From Candidatus Hodarchaeota archaeon (GTDB lineage: Archaea > Asgardarchaeota > Heimdallarchaeia > Hodarchaeales > Hodarchaeaceae): a DNA stretch of 64,000 nt. Positions 39,884 to 49,559 of the stretch are shown here, piece by piece; the stretch's first letter is position 1; each line of letters opens with the position of its first letter. The DNA lies in the NCBI GenBank assembly GCA_016839815.1, contig JAEOTM010000047.1:32001-96000 (forward strand), given 5' to 3'. The notes under the pieces were generated by a model that had not been told where the DNA came from, did not search any database, and was given only the letters and a program-made list of their open reading frames with translations. A program made the translations under genes and the position numbers.

Positions 39884-40333
39884 ATGGCTGAAATTAAAGA
39901 AATTCTAAATTTTGCAATTAAAAAAGAAATTGAGGCATATGATCTTTATTCGGGAATTGCTGAATCATCAAAGAATCCAGCGGTTAAAGAATTACTAAGC
40001 GAACTGGCAACGGATGAACTTGGCCATAAAGAGGCACTTGAAAATCTTTCAAGAGCAGAAGAGATTTTAAATTTTGATATTGATAAAGTTCAAGATCTAA
40101 AATTATCTGATCACCTTCAAGCAACCACTATTGATGAAAATTCAGATTTACAAGAAACTCTTGTCTTTGCCATGAAAGAAGAAAAGGGGGCTTACGAACT
40201 GTATACCAGAATGTCTAAAGCAGCAGAAACAAAAGAAAATGCCAAGGTATTTCAGAAGCTGGCTCAAATGGAATTAATCCACAAAAATAAACTCGAAGCC
40301 TTATACGATGATATGTTCTACACTGATAATTAG
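39884..40333 (+). CDS. Rubrerythrin/ferritin-like diiron protein
   Basis: AIKKE..Y..DELGH and AMKEE..Y..MELIH (two ExxH motifs). Confidence 0.9.
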   Translation: MAEIKEILNFAIKKEIEAYDLYSGIAESSKNPAVKELLSELATDELGHKEALENLSRAEEILNFDIDKVQDLKLSDHLQATTIDENSDLQETLVFAMKEEKGAYELYTRMSKAAETKENAKVFQKLAQMELIHKNKLEALYDDMFYTDN

Positions 40334-40400
40334 TACTTTATAAGCCCTTAAGACGCTATCAGATTTTGTTTTTTTCCCCATTTCAAAGGAATAATGTGAC

Positions 40401-41078
40401 CTAATCTACCTTAAACATGTTCGCAAAGCTTTCTATGGATAGAAATTCTTCCCAATGTTCAACTAAGATTTTTGCTGAACCAAATGGTTTCAGTAGTGAA
40501 TTCTCGGGTATTTTACGTTTATCTTGGATGTAAATCTCTGCTCCTTCATCTAGCAGGATTTTCAAATTCCCTCCTCGGAGAAGGGACGGTGGTAGTAATA
40601 AAAGAGCAGGGACTTCCATTTGTGGATTGGGATTAGATTCAATTATTCCCAGATAAACACATACAGACATTTTCATCTTTTTTGAATTATAGATTAAGAT
40701 GGGAGGAAGATTATCCTTTAATTCCTGCAGAATGGTGGTAGAGTTTTCTAACTCACAGATGATTGTTTTATCTGCAGGTAAAAGTGTAATATCACATCCT
40801 AATTCCTCTAAAACCTCCCTTTTTGTCGCTTCAATCATAGTTTCATCTTTTTCCACATGTCCCCCGGTATTGGTAAAAGTAATCAACAATCTGTCATTAG
40901 TTACTTGCCAATATTTTTCATTTCCAACAGCAAATAGAAATGAATCTTTCCAACAGATAAAAACTCCGTTTCCTCTATTTTTGTAGGAGAGTAATTCTTC
41001 TGAATGCAATATTTTTCCCGTTACACTTTGAAAAATTTTTACGAAATTGTTTTCAACGTACCAAAAACAATGAAACAT
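40401..41078 (-). CDS. NUDIX hydrolase
   Basis: GGHVEKDETMIEATKREVLEELG Nudix box. Confidence 0.85.
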   Translation of the reverse strand: MFHCFWYVENNFVKIFQSVTGKILHSEELLSYKNRGNGVFICWKDSFLFAVGNEKYWQVTNDRLLITFTNTGGHVEKDETMIEATKREVLEELGCDITLLPADKTIICELENSTTILQELKDNLPPILIYNSKKMKMSVCVYLGIIESNPNPQMEVPALLLLPPSLLRGGNLKILLDEGAEIYIQDKRKIPENSLLKPFGSAKILVEHWEEFLSIESFANMFKVD

Positions 41079-41088
41079 TTATACTTAA

Positions 41089-41931
41089 TTGTCTAAAAGA
41101 CAGGTTCTGAGATCAATGGTAGCTTCAGAGACTTATCATTTCGTATTAGGTTCGTTAATTCTTCTTCGTCTCTTCGGATTTGTAATTTTCTTCGACTTCT
41201 ATCGAAAAAATCAAGAAATTAGGTTCTTAATTTTATCCTTGGCCATCTTAACTTATGCTTTTAGTCCAGTAATCGATTTATTCATTCAGGATATTCAAGG
41301 AACATCAACATATAATTTCCTCTTCTTCATCAGCGAACTCGCAACCTCTCTTGCATTAATTCTATTTCTCTTTGTTTTTTTTCGATATACAACTACTGAG
41401 ACCTCTACAAAAGCATGGTTGACAATTCTAGTAAGTATTTTAATTATAGCAATATCTTATCCAATTGTACATCTAGATCTGGGAATTTTACTAATTCGCG
41501 GATTAAATTTGGTCTTAATAATAATTACTATTCTACACATAATAAGAAAATGGGAAATATTGACAAATATTGCTGATAATAGCGCGTACTTTTTTTTTGT
41601 AAGTTCAATAGCAATCATAATAGTTTTAATTGTTGGTACAGTAGGTGATAGCCCTGAAACTGACTTTATTCAATATGTCTTAAATGTAGGAATATCCTTC
41701 CTTGCAATTTTCATTTTTGTACATCTTGAATACAATCGATTATCAATCCAGAAATTTTTAATGAAAGATGATTATTCACACTCTGTAGCTCAAATTCTAC
41801 AAGTATTAATTGGTCGATTAGAAACTTCACAACTTCAACACAACACAGAAGAAGCGAAGATGTTGATTGAACAGGCAATAGAAGATTGTTTAAGAGTAGG
41901 GGACACACTTACTAAAATAAGGAAAATTTGA
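41089..41931 (+). CDS. Multi-TM membrane protein ending in a HisKA-like helical hairpin (no ATPase domain)
   Basis: About 7 TMs followed by KDDYSHSVAQILQVLIG. Likely start is ATG 41116. Confidence 0.65.
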   Translation: MSKRQVLRSMVASETYHFVLGSLILLRLFGFVIFFDFYRKNQEIRFLILSLAILTYAFSPVIDLFIQDIQGTSTYNFLFFISELATSLALILFLFVFFRYTTTETSTKAWLTILVSILIIAISYPIVHLDLGILLIRGLNLVLIIITILHIIRKWEILTNIADNSAYFFFVSSIAIIIVLIVGTVGDSPETDFIQYVLNVGISFLAIFIFVHLEYNRLSIQKFLMKDDYSHSVAQILQVLIGRLETSQLQHNTEEAKMLIEQAIEDCLRVGDTLTKIRKI

Positions 41932-42075
41932 GAGATAAACTGGTTATATTTTACCAGCTCTGTAAGATGATTTTACAGAGGATAAAAACTCCAATTTCTA
42001 ATCGGAAACGATTTCGGATGGAGACTTAGTTACCTATTAAGTCGAAGATATAAGATCGAATAAGTATCGAACCAG

Positions 42076-42999
42076 TTGGTTCTTAAAGTGAAAATACAAC
42101 CACGACCTTACAATAAACAACAAGATTTCCAACCTATCATGACATTTCTTTCAGATTTATTTCTAAGAACTAAATCATATGAAAACTGGTTCCCAGATCG
42201 TTTTGAAAATAGTAGTGATTCTCGTGAAGACGGGATTATGATCTGGGAAGAACATGATACCACTGTTAATCCCACAACCAAGAAAATAATTGCATTGACA
42301 TCACGTGATTCGCCTAAAGATTTTTTCCTTCAAGTTGATCCAGCTTATAGGCATATTGAACCTCAAATGATCAAGTGGATCGAATCTTATCGAAAAGCAA
42401 CTTCCACGCCAGAAATAACGGAAGTTGTCATTAAAATCAACATCCTTGAAGGAAACAGTAAACGAGAAAAGTTATTATCTACTTTGGGTTATACAAACGA
42501 AGGTATTTATGGTTTTTACCGAATTAGACAACCTAATACACCAATCCCAGAGTATGCATGTCCCAAGGGATTCAGAATTAGAACACTAAAAAGAGCTGAT
42601 TATGATCAGTTAGCTTTACTGATCAGGAGAGTCTTTGGACACGGGGAATATTTTACAGCAGAAGTATTAGAGTGGCTAGCAAGCTGTTCATTCTACAAAG
42701 AGGAACTTGACCTTGTTGTAGTTACTCCTGAAGATATAATTGCTTCATTCTGTACCTTCAGATTGGATCCTAATAGTCATATACTTAGTTTAGAACCCAT
42801 GGGTACCAATCCAGATTATCGAGGATTAGGATTAGGTAAAGCAATTATGAGTGAAGGAATTAAACGATCCATGAAATATAAACCTCCGTTTTTTTATATT
42901 GATGGAGCTGCAAACAATCCCGCTGCGAACCGATTATATGACGCTACTGGATTTACAGAAAAGTATGCTATTAATTCCTGGACTAAACGGATTAAATAA
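42076..42999 (+). CDS. GNAT acetyltransferase (tandem-domain type)
   Basis: EPMGTNPDYRGLGLGKA, N.AANRLY..TGF. Confidence 0.9.
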   Translation: MVLKVKIQPRPYNKQQDFQPIMTFLSDLFLRTKSYENWFPDRFENSSDSREDGIMIWEEHDTTVNPTTKKIIALTSRDSPKDFFLQVDPAYRHIEPQMIKWIESYRKATSTPEITEVVIKINILEGNSKREKLLSTLGYTNEGIYGFYRIRQPNTPIPEYACPKGFRIRTLKRADYDQLALLIRRVFGHGEYFTAEVLEWLASCSFYKEELDLVVVTPEDIIASFCTFRLDPNSHILSLEPMGTNPDYRGLGLGKAIMSEGIKRSMKYKPPFFYIDGAANNPAANRLYDATGFTEKYAINSWTKRIK

Positions 43000-43035
43000 T
43001 GAGTGTGATCTAATACACTTTCTTCTTTATCATTG

Positions 43036-45960
43036 TTAAGAACAATTCACACAACGAGCAACTACTTCTTCATTTTTGATTTTGACTTTAACCCTTCCAC
43101 AAGATTCACAAACCTCTGTTCCACATTTCTTACAGACAGAAAGAAGGTCAGGAGCGAAAGAGTTCTTACATCCTTGACATTGCTTAGGCATATGTTCAGG
43201 ACAATATGTAGCCTCTGTGTTTGGATCAAATGTACTACATTCACCACATAAACCCTGTCCACATACTTTGCATACTTCGGAGTGATCCAGGCAAGCAGTT
43301 TTTCCACACTTCTGGCAGAAAGAAATATGTTCACTACAGAATAGCTTAAAACAAGTAGTACACACAAATGTAGGAGGGGAAATTTCTCCTGCCAATAATG
43401 ATTGATAATAGTTCTCGGTGCTTATTTGAGGACCACATCCCTCGCACATGAGTTCAGCATTCCCATTATATAGATTAAGATTGAGATGAAATTGGTTAAT
43501 GTTTTCCACACTATCTCGGTTTTCTTTAATAGAAACAGGTATAGTTAAACGAGGGACCCAATATACTGATTTTTCAATAATCGACACATCTGCCTTACCT
43601 GGCCTATAGAGATCTGGTGGCACACCTTGACCCTTAAGAACTTCAATGGACTTATGAAATGCCTCATAATTTTCCTGTTTCTCTTTGAATAGCTCTTGTC
43701 GTTTCATTTCACTTTTTTTTATCTGCTTTCTAAGTTCTTTAGTTCGTTCTTCATGCCTCATCTGTTTAGTAGATGTAGAATCAATGGATCGTTCAATTGC
43801 TTTAACTGATCTTCCCTCTGCAACACGAGCTTTCCGCTCTCCCTCCAAACTTTCCACACGTATTAGTGTTTCATCAAGTTTTTGATTCTCGATTTGTAGT
43901 TTTTCCTCTATTCCGCTTATTTGATTAGATAACTTCGATAATTCCTTTCCAACTTTTTTTCCTGCAAGTTTTGAAATTTCAGTTCGTTCATATTCTCGTA
44001 ATCGCTCCTGATAGATCGATTCGGCCTCTGGAAAAGGATTCTGTGTAAAATACCAAATCAAATTTTCAGGGAGTTTAGTAATCACCTCTTTATCAAATTC
44101 AAGGAATTTATAATCTGAAAGGGGTTGAATTGCTAGATCTCTTGCGGGAAGAGAGGATGCGTGAATTCCTTCAATTGTGGTAGAGTTCCAATCAATTTTT
44201 CGTAAATCAAATGTACGAGACATTTCCTCTTTAATTTGTACTGGAAACAGTAATTGGCCTTCTTTAATTGTTCTTTTTATATCTATTAAGGTTTTTGTAA
44301 AATAAAGAGGAGAATAATATATCTCATAATCCCCTACCTCAAGATAAATTCCATCATGATCAGGATTGCCACTAAGACTTAGTCTTTCATGAATAACAGC
44401 CGTGTGTTCCTTATTTTCTGGTTTGATTTTCGGACTGAGAAAGCGTTCTGTAATTTTCCCCATTGCAGGTTTTTTCGACTTGAATGAGATTGTTGAAGGT
44501 AATTTCTCTTTCTTGACCTCAGAAACCGGTTTTTCTTTTTTCAGCTCAGCTTTTTTTGGTTTAGGAGGTTTTAACGTAAGAGCGGTAATTTCAGAATTGG
44601 TTAATGGGCCTTTATGTAAGCTTAACAACCAACGCGTTTTTAACATATTGACCCCATGGAGAGGATTGTAAGCGATGAAGTTACCTGGTTTCAGTGCACG
44701 AATCTTTCCCATTAAAGATTTAAACTCCTCTTCCGTACCACCACTCCCTTCAAACACAGGTTTTAACGCACCTTGAACTTTTGCAATATCTTGATTGGTA
44801 GCTAATCTACCTAGTACCCAAGTAGCGATATTTGACAGCCCCCGGTAATCTAAATCACCAGGATTCTGTGTTGCTAAAACACATCCTAGTCCTGCAGCTC
44901 TTGCTTGTTTTAATAATATTAGAAGTGCAGTTTTTGAAGGAGGACTAAGGGAACCAGCGGGCATGAATCCATACAACTCATCGAAGTATATTATAGCCCG
45001 TAAACGGCTTGTACCACCTTTCGACCAAGCCCAGCGTTGTACTTCTCCCAAAATTTCTGCTACAAAAGTATTTTTTTCATCGGAATCCGTTATTTTGCGT
45101 AGATCAAAAACTATAATAGGAGTTTTGTTCTCTTTCGTAGCTAAGCCAATTAATTTATCAAAATCAAGCTCCACTCCCGGAACTGTACGTACCATTAGTG
45201 CATTTATGTTACGGGCCAGTTCCTGACATTTAGTACTGGATATGAATTTATCAACTGCAAGTGAACCAACTTTTTTAAACGGAGGATCTTGGATTTTTTC
45301 TATTAGAAGATCCAAACCTACAACGTTCTTTCTTTCATTTTCCCATACATGACGAATTATATTGTTTAGATATATAACACGATTATCAGTAGAGGAAGAT
45401 GTACCTATCCCAACACGAGATAACAGTAATTGTATTTTCAGATCTAAAGCACTTAACACTGCATCAGGTGATTCTTCCATCATCTTACTATAGTTTTTGG
45501 GTTTTTCAAAATGAGGGGTTAGTGAAATTTGAACACCTGCAGCATTTTTAGGAGTAATTAGTATTGTAGCAACTCTATCTGAATATTCAGCTTCAGCTGA
45601 AAGGTAATCATCGCCAAATGAGTCTTCAAGCTTTTCTTCATATAAATTGATCCAATCATCTGCGATTTCTTCTGGATCTCCTCCCCCCCGATCTTCAGCT
45701 TCGACTTTGGCGTGTATTAATAGTCTATCTCTAGAAAAATCACCAAGTCCTATTCCTAATGCTCCAATATCTCCCTTGGGATCAATTGCTATTACTGGAA
45801 TATTCGATCGAATCGCTTCTTCAACTATTGACTTGCACACAACCGTTTTTCCCGAGCCTGAGGCCCCTAATACTGCAGCATGCGTTAAAAAAGTCGTAGA
45901 GGGTAATTCAAATCTTTCACCCTCACCTATTCGTCCGAGAAAAAATTTTGGATCAGTCAT
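43036..45960 (-). CDS. HerA/FtsK-like (DUF87/DUF853-type) P-loop ATPase with a coiled coil and a Cys-rich Zn-finger tail
   Basis: HAAVLGASGSGKT, IDPKGD, IIYFDE, LKQARAAGLGCVLATQNPGDLDY; long coiled coil; repeated CxxC-x4-CxxH/C. Confidence 0.85.
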   Translation of the reverse strand: MTDPKFFLGRIGEGERFELPSTTFLTHAAVLGASGSGKTVVCKSIVEEAIRSNIPVIAIDPKGDIGALGIGLGDFSRDRLLIHAKVEAEDRGGGDPEEIADDWINLYEEKLEDSFGDDYLSAEAEYSDRVATILITPKNAAGVQISLTPHFEKPKNYSKMMEESPDAVLSALDLKIQLLLSRVGIGTSSSTDNRVIYLNNIIRHVWENERKNVVGLDLLIEKIQDPPFKKVGSLAVDKFISSTKCQELARNINALMVRTVPGVELDFDKLIGLATKENKTPIIVFDLRKITDSDEKNTFVAEILGEVQRWAWSKGGTSRLRAIIYFDELYGFMPAGSLSPPSKTALLILLKQARAAGLGCVLATQNPGDLDYRGLSNIATWVLGRLATNQDIAKVQGALKPVFEGSGGTEEEFKSLMGKIRALKPGNFIAYNPLHGVNMLKTRWLLSLHKGPLTNSEITALTLKPPKPKKAELKKEKPVSEVKKEKLPSTISFKSKKPAMGKITERFLSPKIKPENKEHTAVIHERLSLSGNPDHDGIYLEVGDYEIYYSPLYFTKTLIDIKRTIKEGQLLFPVQIKEEMSRTFDLRKIDWNSTTIEGIHASSLPARDLAIQPLSDYKFLEFDKEVITKLPENLIWYFTQNPFPEAESIYQERLREYERTEISKLAGKKVGKELSKLSNQISGIEEKLQIENQKLDETLIRVESLEGERKARVAEGRSVKAIERSIDSTSTKQMRHEERTKELRKQIKKSEMKRQELFKEKQENYEAFHKSIEVLKGQGVPPDLYRPGKADVSIIEKSVYWVPRLTIPVSIKENRDSVENINQFHLNLNLYNGNAELMCEGCGPQISTENYYQSLLAGEISPPTFVCTTCFKLFCSEHISFCQKCGKTACLDHSEVCKVCGQGLCGECSTFDPNTEATYCPEHMPKQCQGCKNSFAPDLLSVCKKCGTEVCESCGRVKVKIKNEEVVARCVNCS

Positions 45961-46091
45961 TGTCTTTCCCTATATTTGATATTATGATGAAATTGAATTA
46001 AATTAATAAATGAATCCTTTAGTTCAAGGCCCAAATAAAACTATTCTATCTAAGAAACGCCAAAAATTTTCTGCTATACTGGTGTTGGAAG

Positions 46092-46276
46092 ATGTCTACA
46101 CAAAAGTTTCCTCTTATTACATTAAGCGGTACTCCAGAAGAAATAGGTACACAACATGGAGAACTCCTAAAAGACAAAATTCATTCTACAGTTACTTGGT
46201 ATAAAAAATAATCTCTTCCGATGAAGAACGTATTTTAACTCTATGTAAGCATTTTAAATGGGAGAATGGGATTTAA
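46092..46276 (+). pseudogene. N-terminal remnant of a C45-family (Ntn) peptidase/acyltransferase
   Basis: MSTQKFPLITLSGTPEEIGTQHGELLKDKI.. stops at 46209-46211 right after an A6 run. One extra A would continue as IISSDEERILTLCKHFK, which then ends. Confidence 0.5.
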
Positions 46277-46554
46277 GGAATACAAGTCAGGTTCTGAATA
46301 TAAATTCCAGGTTGATGAGCTTGAGAAAAAACTGATGTAATCAGTATTAATCCTAAATTATGGTTTTTCCCCTTTATTTCAAATTACTTTGTTGTGAATA
46401 GAATCGTTCATTAAAACAAAACGTTTTCATAATACATACCAAATCACAGTGCATAGGACGCATGATAGGCTTCCTGCTTAGCTTATCAGAACAGAATGGC
46501 ATTGATTGGCTTTCTAAAAACTCCCTATATGTAGAATTCTCAATAAGGAGATAA

Positions 46555-47148
46555 GTGTTCTTGGTAAATGTTGGTATATTAGGAGATATGAACTGCGGAA
46601 AAACCTCTGTTTTTGTACGATTTATGAATTCATTAGCAGCAACCAACGAAAAGATAATCGCTGGTAGCCCAGGTGGACCAGAGATGTATACCACACAGAC
46701 TGTAGATTTCATTCGATTCACTCATAGGGGATTTATCCATGTTTTATATGGCACAGGTGGGCATACAACACCTATTACCGATTATTATCGAGTTTATGTT
46801 TTGAGAAACGCTAACCGATTCCTTTGCATGTTTGATCTATCGATTGACTTAGATAGGCAACTTGAATTCTATCATAATCTTGAAATTCCCACAAAACAAG
46901 TAACGATTTTTCTTAACAAATATGATCTGGCAAAAGAAAACTATGAGGAATATAAGGAAAAGGTAGAGGATTTCTTTATTAATGATCAAAAAAAATTAAT
47001 AAAAGAAATTCTTCCCACTGTCGCCATTAAAGTTGAGGATAATCAATTTAAAAAGGAATCACAGAATTGTTTAAAGGGGATTTTAGATTTGTGTGAGTTT
47101 GACAAAGATGCGTCTGCATTTGACGTTTGGGATGGACAAGGAAAATAA
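46555..47148 (+). CDS. Small Ras-superfamily-like GTPase (MglA/Arf-like)
   Basis: G1 GDMNCGKTS, G2 TTQTVDF, G3 YGTGGH, MFD, G4 NKYD, G5-like TVA. Confidence 0.8.
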   Translation: MFLVNVGILGDMNCGKTSVFVRFMNSLAATNEKIIAGSPGGPEMYTTQTVDFIRFTHRGFIHVLYGTGGHTTPITDYYRVYVLRNANRFLCMFDLSIDLDRQLEFYHNLEIPTKQVTIFLNKYDLAKENYEEYKEKVEDFFINDQKKLIKEILPTVAIKVEDNQFKKESQNCLKGILDLCEFDKDASAFDVWDGQGK

Positions 47149-47167
47149 TTAAACCTAGGTTTTAATA

Positions 47168-48079
47168 TTGGAGAATTCTGATCCATTTACACAACTTGTT
47201 GATACTCTAGCTGTAATTGAAAATCAAAACCGCATTCTTTGCCTAATAGCGGTATATTTGGGTCAAAAAGCCGATCAAAACACTATCCAAGGAATTACCG
47301 ACATACTCTCAAGTCTTTTAGGTAAACATGAGCAATTTACTACGACAAAAACTCGGGGGTTGATCACCTCTCTTGTGAATGGTGGGATTCTGGAAAGAGA
47401 AAGAGAGAAAGTAATCAGCTCTACAAAAGTTTCTTTTCATTCGATCAGTTCTCTAGGCTATATTGTTTTGACTTATGTCCTACTGACATATGTCATAAGA
47501 ATCGATCCTGCTTCAATCGAATGGGATACCAAAAGATTCAATGAATATACTGATTCTGAAGAAAAGATGATTTTATTCTCTATTGACACCTTAATTACTC
47601 AGGAGACTACTCTGAAACGGGTTTATACTTCACTTAGATCAGGAAAAGACCCTCGTAAAATTAAACTCTCAAAACCCTTAATTATCCCAGTCAAAAAAGT
47701 CTTTTCTGGGAATACTGGATATAGAGTGTTTAAAATCTTTGAAGAACTAATTTGGGATTACTTACACAATAATACAGGATTCACTAAATTGGGACTTGAA
47801 CAATCAACAGAAATACCAACTGCATTAACTGGTTCATTGAAGAAACTGGATGGACTCTTTCTTCAACAAGAGAATTGGACAAAAGAAAGACGCTACCGAT
47901 TATCAATTCAGGGGATTTTCATTTTACCAATCTTTGCGTTACTAATTAAGCATTTTTCTGTGGATAAATCGTTATTTCCTTCCCTAAAATTAGCGAGACT
48001 AGAGAAAGATGAAAATTATTGGATTTCTCTGTCAAAATTAGGACATACGTTTTTTAAAACGGTATATAGGATCTCATAA
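47168..48079 (+). CDS. Tandem winged-helix-like protein
   Basis: ENQNRILCL..LITSLVNGGILER..HSISSLG and a second RVFKIF..LKKL..RYRLSIQG wing motif. Confidence 0.55.
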   Translation: MENSDPFTQLVDTLAVIENQNRILCLIAVYLGQKADQNTIQGITDILSSLLGKHEQFTTTKTRGLITSLVNGGILEREREKVISSTKVSFHSISSLGYIVLTYVLLTYVIRIDPASIEWDTKRFNEYTDSEEKMILFSIDTLITQETTLKRVYTSLRSGKDPRKIKLSKPLIIPVKKVFSGNTGYRVFKIFEELIWDYLHNNTGFTKLGLEQSTEIPTALTGSLKKLDGLFLQQENWTKERRYRLSIQGIFILPIFALLIKHFSVDKSLFPSLKLARLEKDENYWISLSKLGHTFFKTVYRIS

Positions 48080-48158
48080 TCCATTTTTTCTCTTTAATAG
48101 GGAAAATTAAAAAGCGACAAAATGAAAGATAACCTCCGAATTCTCAGAGGAAACTCAT

Positions 48159-49559
48159 TTGCTAAAGCTTTCAGATGAATTGAATAATCTCCATTATTTA
48201 CCACTTGTGGATATTCACACTCATATAGGCCGGGTTAAAATCGCAACAACAAAAGGAACCTCCCAACGAATCAACCAACCTCAAGATATAACGAATTTAT
48301 ATCAAAAGTTACAATATGAAATTGCTTCTCGTATCAATCAAACCAAAGAGAATCATTATATTGATATACTTGAGGTAGAAACATGTGTAGAACCTCTCTT
48401 CCCAATTGTTAAATCATTACTCAGCGAACAATCCACAGTGAAATCACGAGCTTGGTTAGTAGACAAAATTGTAACATTCCCTTTTAATGACTTATTCCAC
48501 CTAAAAACTGATCCTAAATTTGTAAAAAGTAATCGTTATGTTCGTCATCAGGTCAATACATTGGAAAATACTTTTAGATTTACTCCTTTTTGTCGTGTTG
48601 ATCCTACAGACTCGGATGCAACAAATGAAGTTCAAGAGTCTATTAAGCTTGGAATGTATGGATTGAAATTACATCCGCTTTCTCAAGGTTGGATAGAAAG
48701 AATAAAATCAGAAGAAACTAAGGAGGTATTACAAATTGCGGGAGATCTCAATATTCCAGTGATTTTTGATGTACCGAACAAAGGAGTGGCTCTTGATATT
48801 ACAGCCGTGACTCAAGAAGCGCGTGATGAATCAGAGTTTCCTGTTTCGGTAATACTTGGTCATACTGGATTTGATTATTCTTCTCCGGAGGTTTTTGAGT
48901 GTCTCTCACAAGAAGGAATGTATGCAGAAACTTCAGGAATGAGAGGGAAGGATGTTGAAATCTTCTTTAATAATGTATTAGAAGTTCCTGACTGGGAGGA
49001 TAAGCTCCTCTTCGGTACTGACCACAATTATTTTAGTGTTCTTCAAGCAACGGATGTAATTGCTTTTTTATTCTCAAATCAGTTCCGCACATTACTAATC
49101 GAAAACGGAATTCAAAAACAACCTATAGATATTGCATTCAAAATCTTAGGAGCGAATTCCTTATCCCTAATACCTGTAGCATGGCAAAGAAAAGAAAATA
49201 AATCTCCTAAACTCAAGTATAAAATCAACAAACAAGTATTTCTTCAGTTTCTCAAGAAGTTCATGAGTATAGAGGGAAATTACCAGAGGATTGACTTGGG
49301 GTATGATCAAGCAAAAGAACAAATTGTGCAAATCCTCACTATAGGGGAGAAAACCTCTAAAGTATCATTTGTAATTTATGAAACGATAAAACGAGACGAA
49401 ATTCTTTTGCACTCACTTCATTCAGCAATTCAAAAAGTGAATTATAGAGAACATTCATTATTTCCAATACTTTCCTCGCAAAAATCATTGAGAAGAGCAA
49501 AAAAATTGTCCTTGGAGAAACTAGAGACTACGATGTCGCAGAATATGTCGCAAGAGTGA
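48159..49559 (+). CDS. Metal-dependent amidohydrolase (Amidohydro_2) with a C-terminal extension
   Basis: DIHTHIG, GLKLHP, ILGHTG, ETSG, LLFGTD. Confidence 0.88.
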   Translation: MLKLSDELNNLHYLPLVDIHTHIGRVKIATTKGTSQRINQPQDITNLYQKLQYEIASRINQTKENHYIDILEVETCVEPLFPIVKSLLSEQSTVKSRAWLVDKIVTFPFNDLFHLKTDPKFVKSNRYVRHQVNTLENTFRFTPFCRVDPTDSDATNEVQESIKLGMYGLKLHPLSQGWIERIKSEETKEVLQIAGDLNIPVIFDVPNKGVALDITAVTQEARDESEFPVSVILGHTGFDYSSPEVFECLSQEGMYAETSGMRGKDVEIFFNNVLEVPDWEDKLLFGTDHNYFSVLQATDVIAFLFSNQFRTLLIENGIQKQPIDIAFKILGANSLSLIPVAWQRKENKSPKLKYKINKQVFLQFLKKFMSIEGNYQRIDLGYDQAKEQIVQILTIGEKTSKVSFVIYETIKRDEILLHSLHSAIQKVNYREHSLFPILSSQKSLRRAKKLSLEKLETTMSQNMSQE

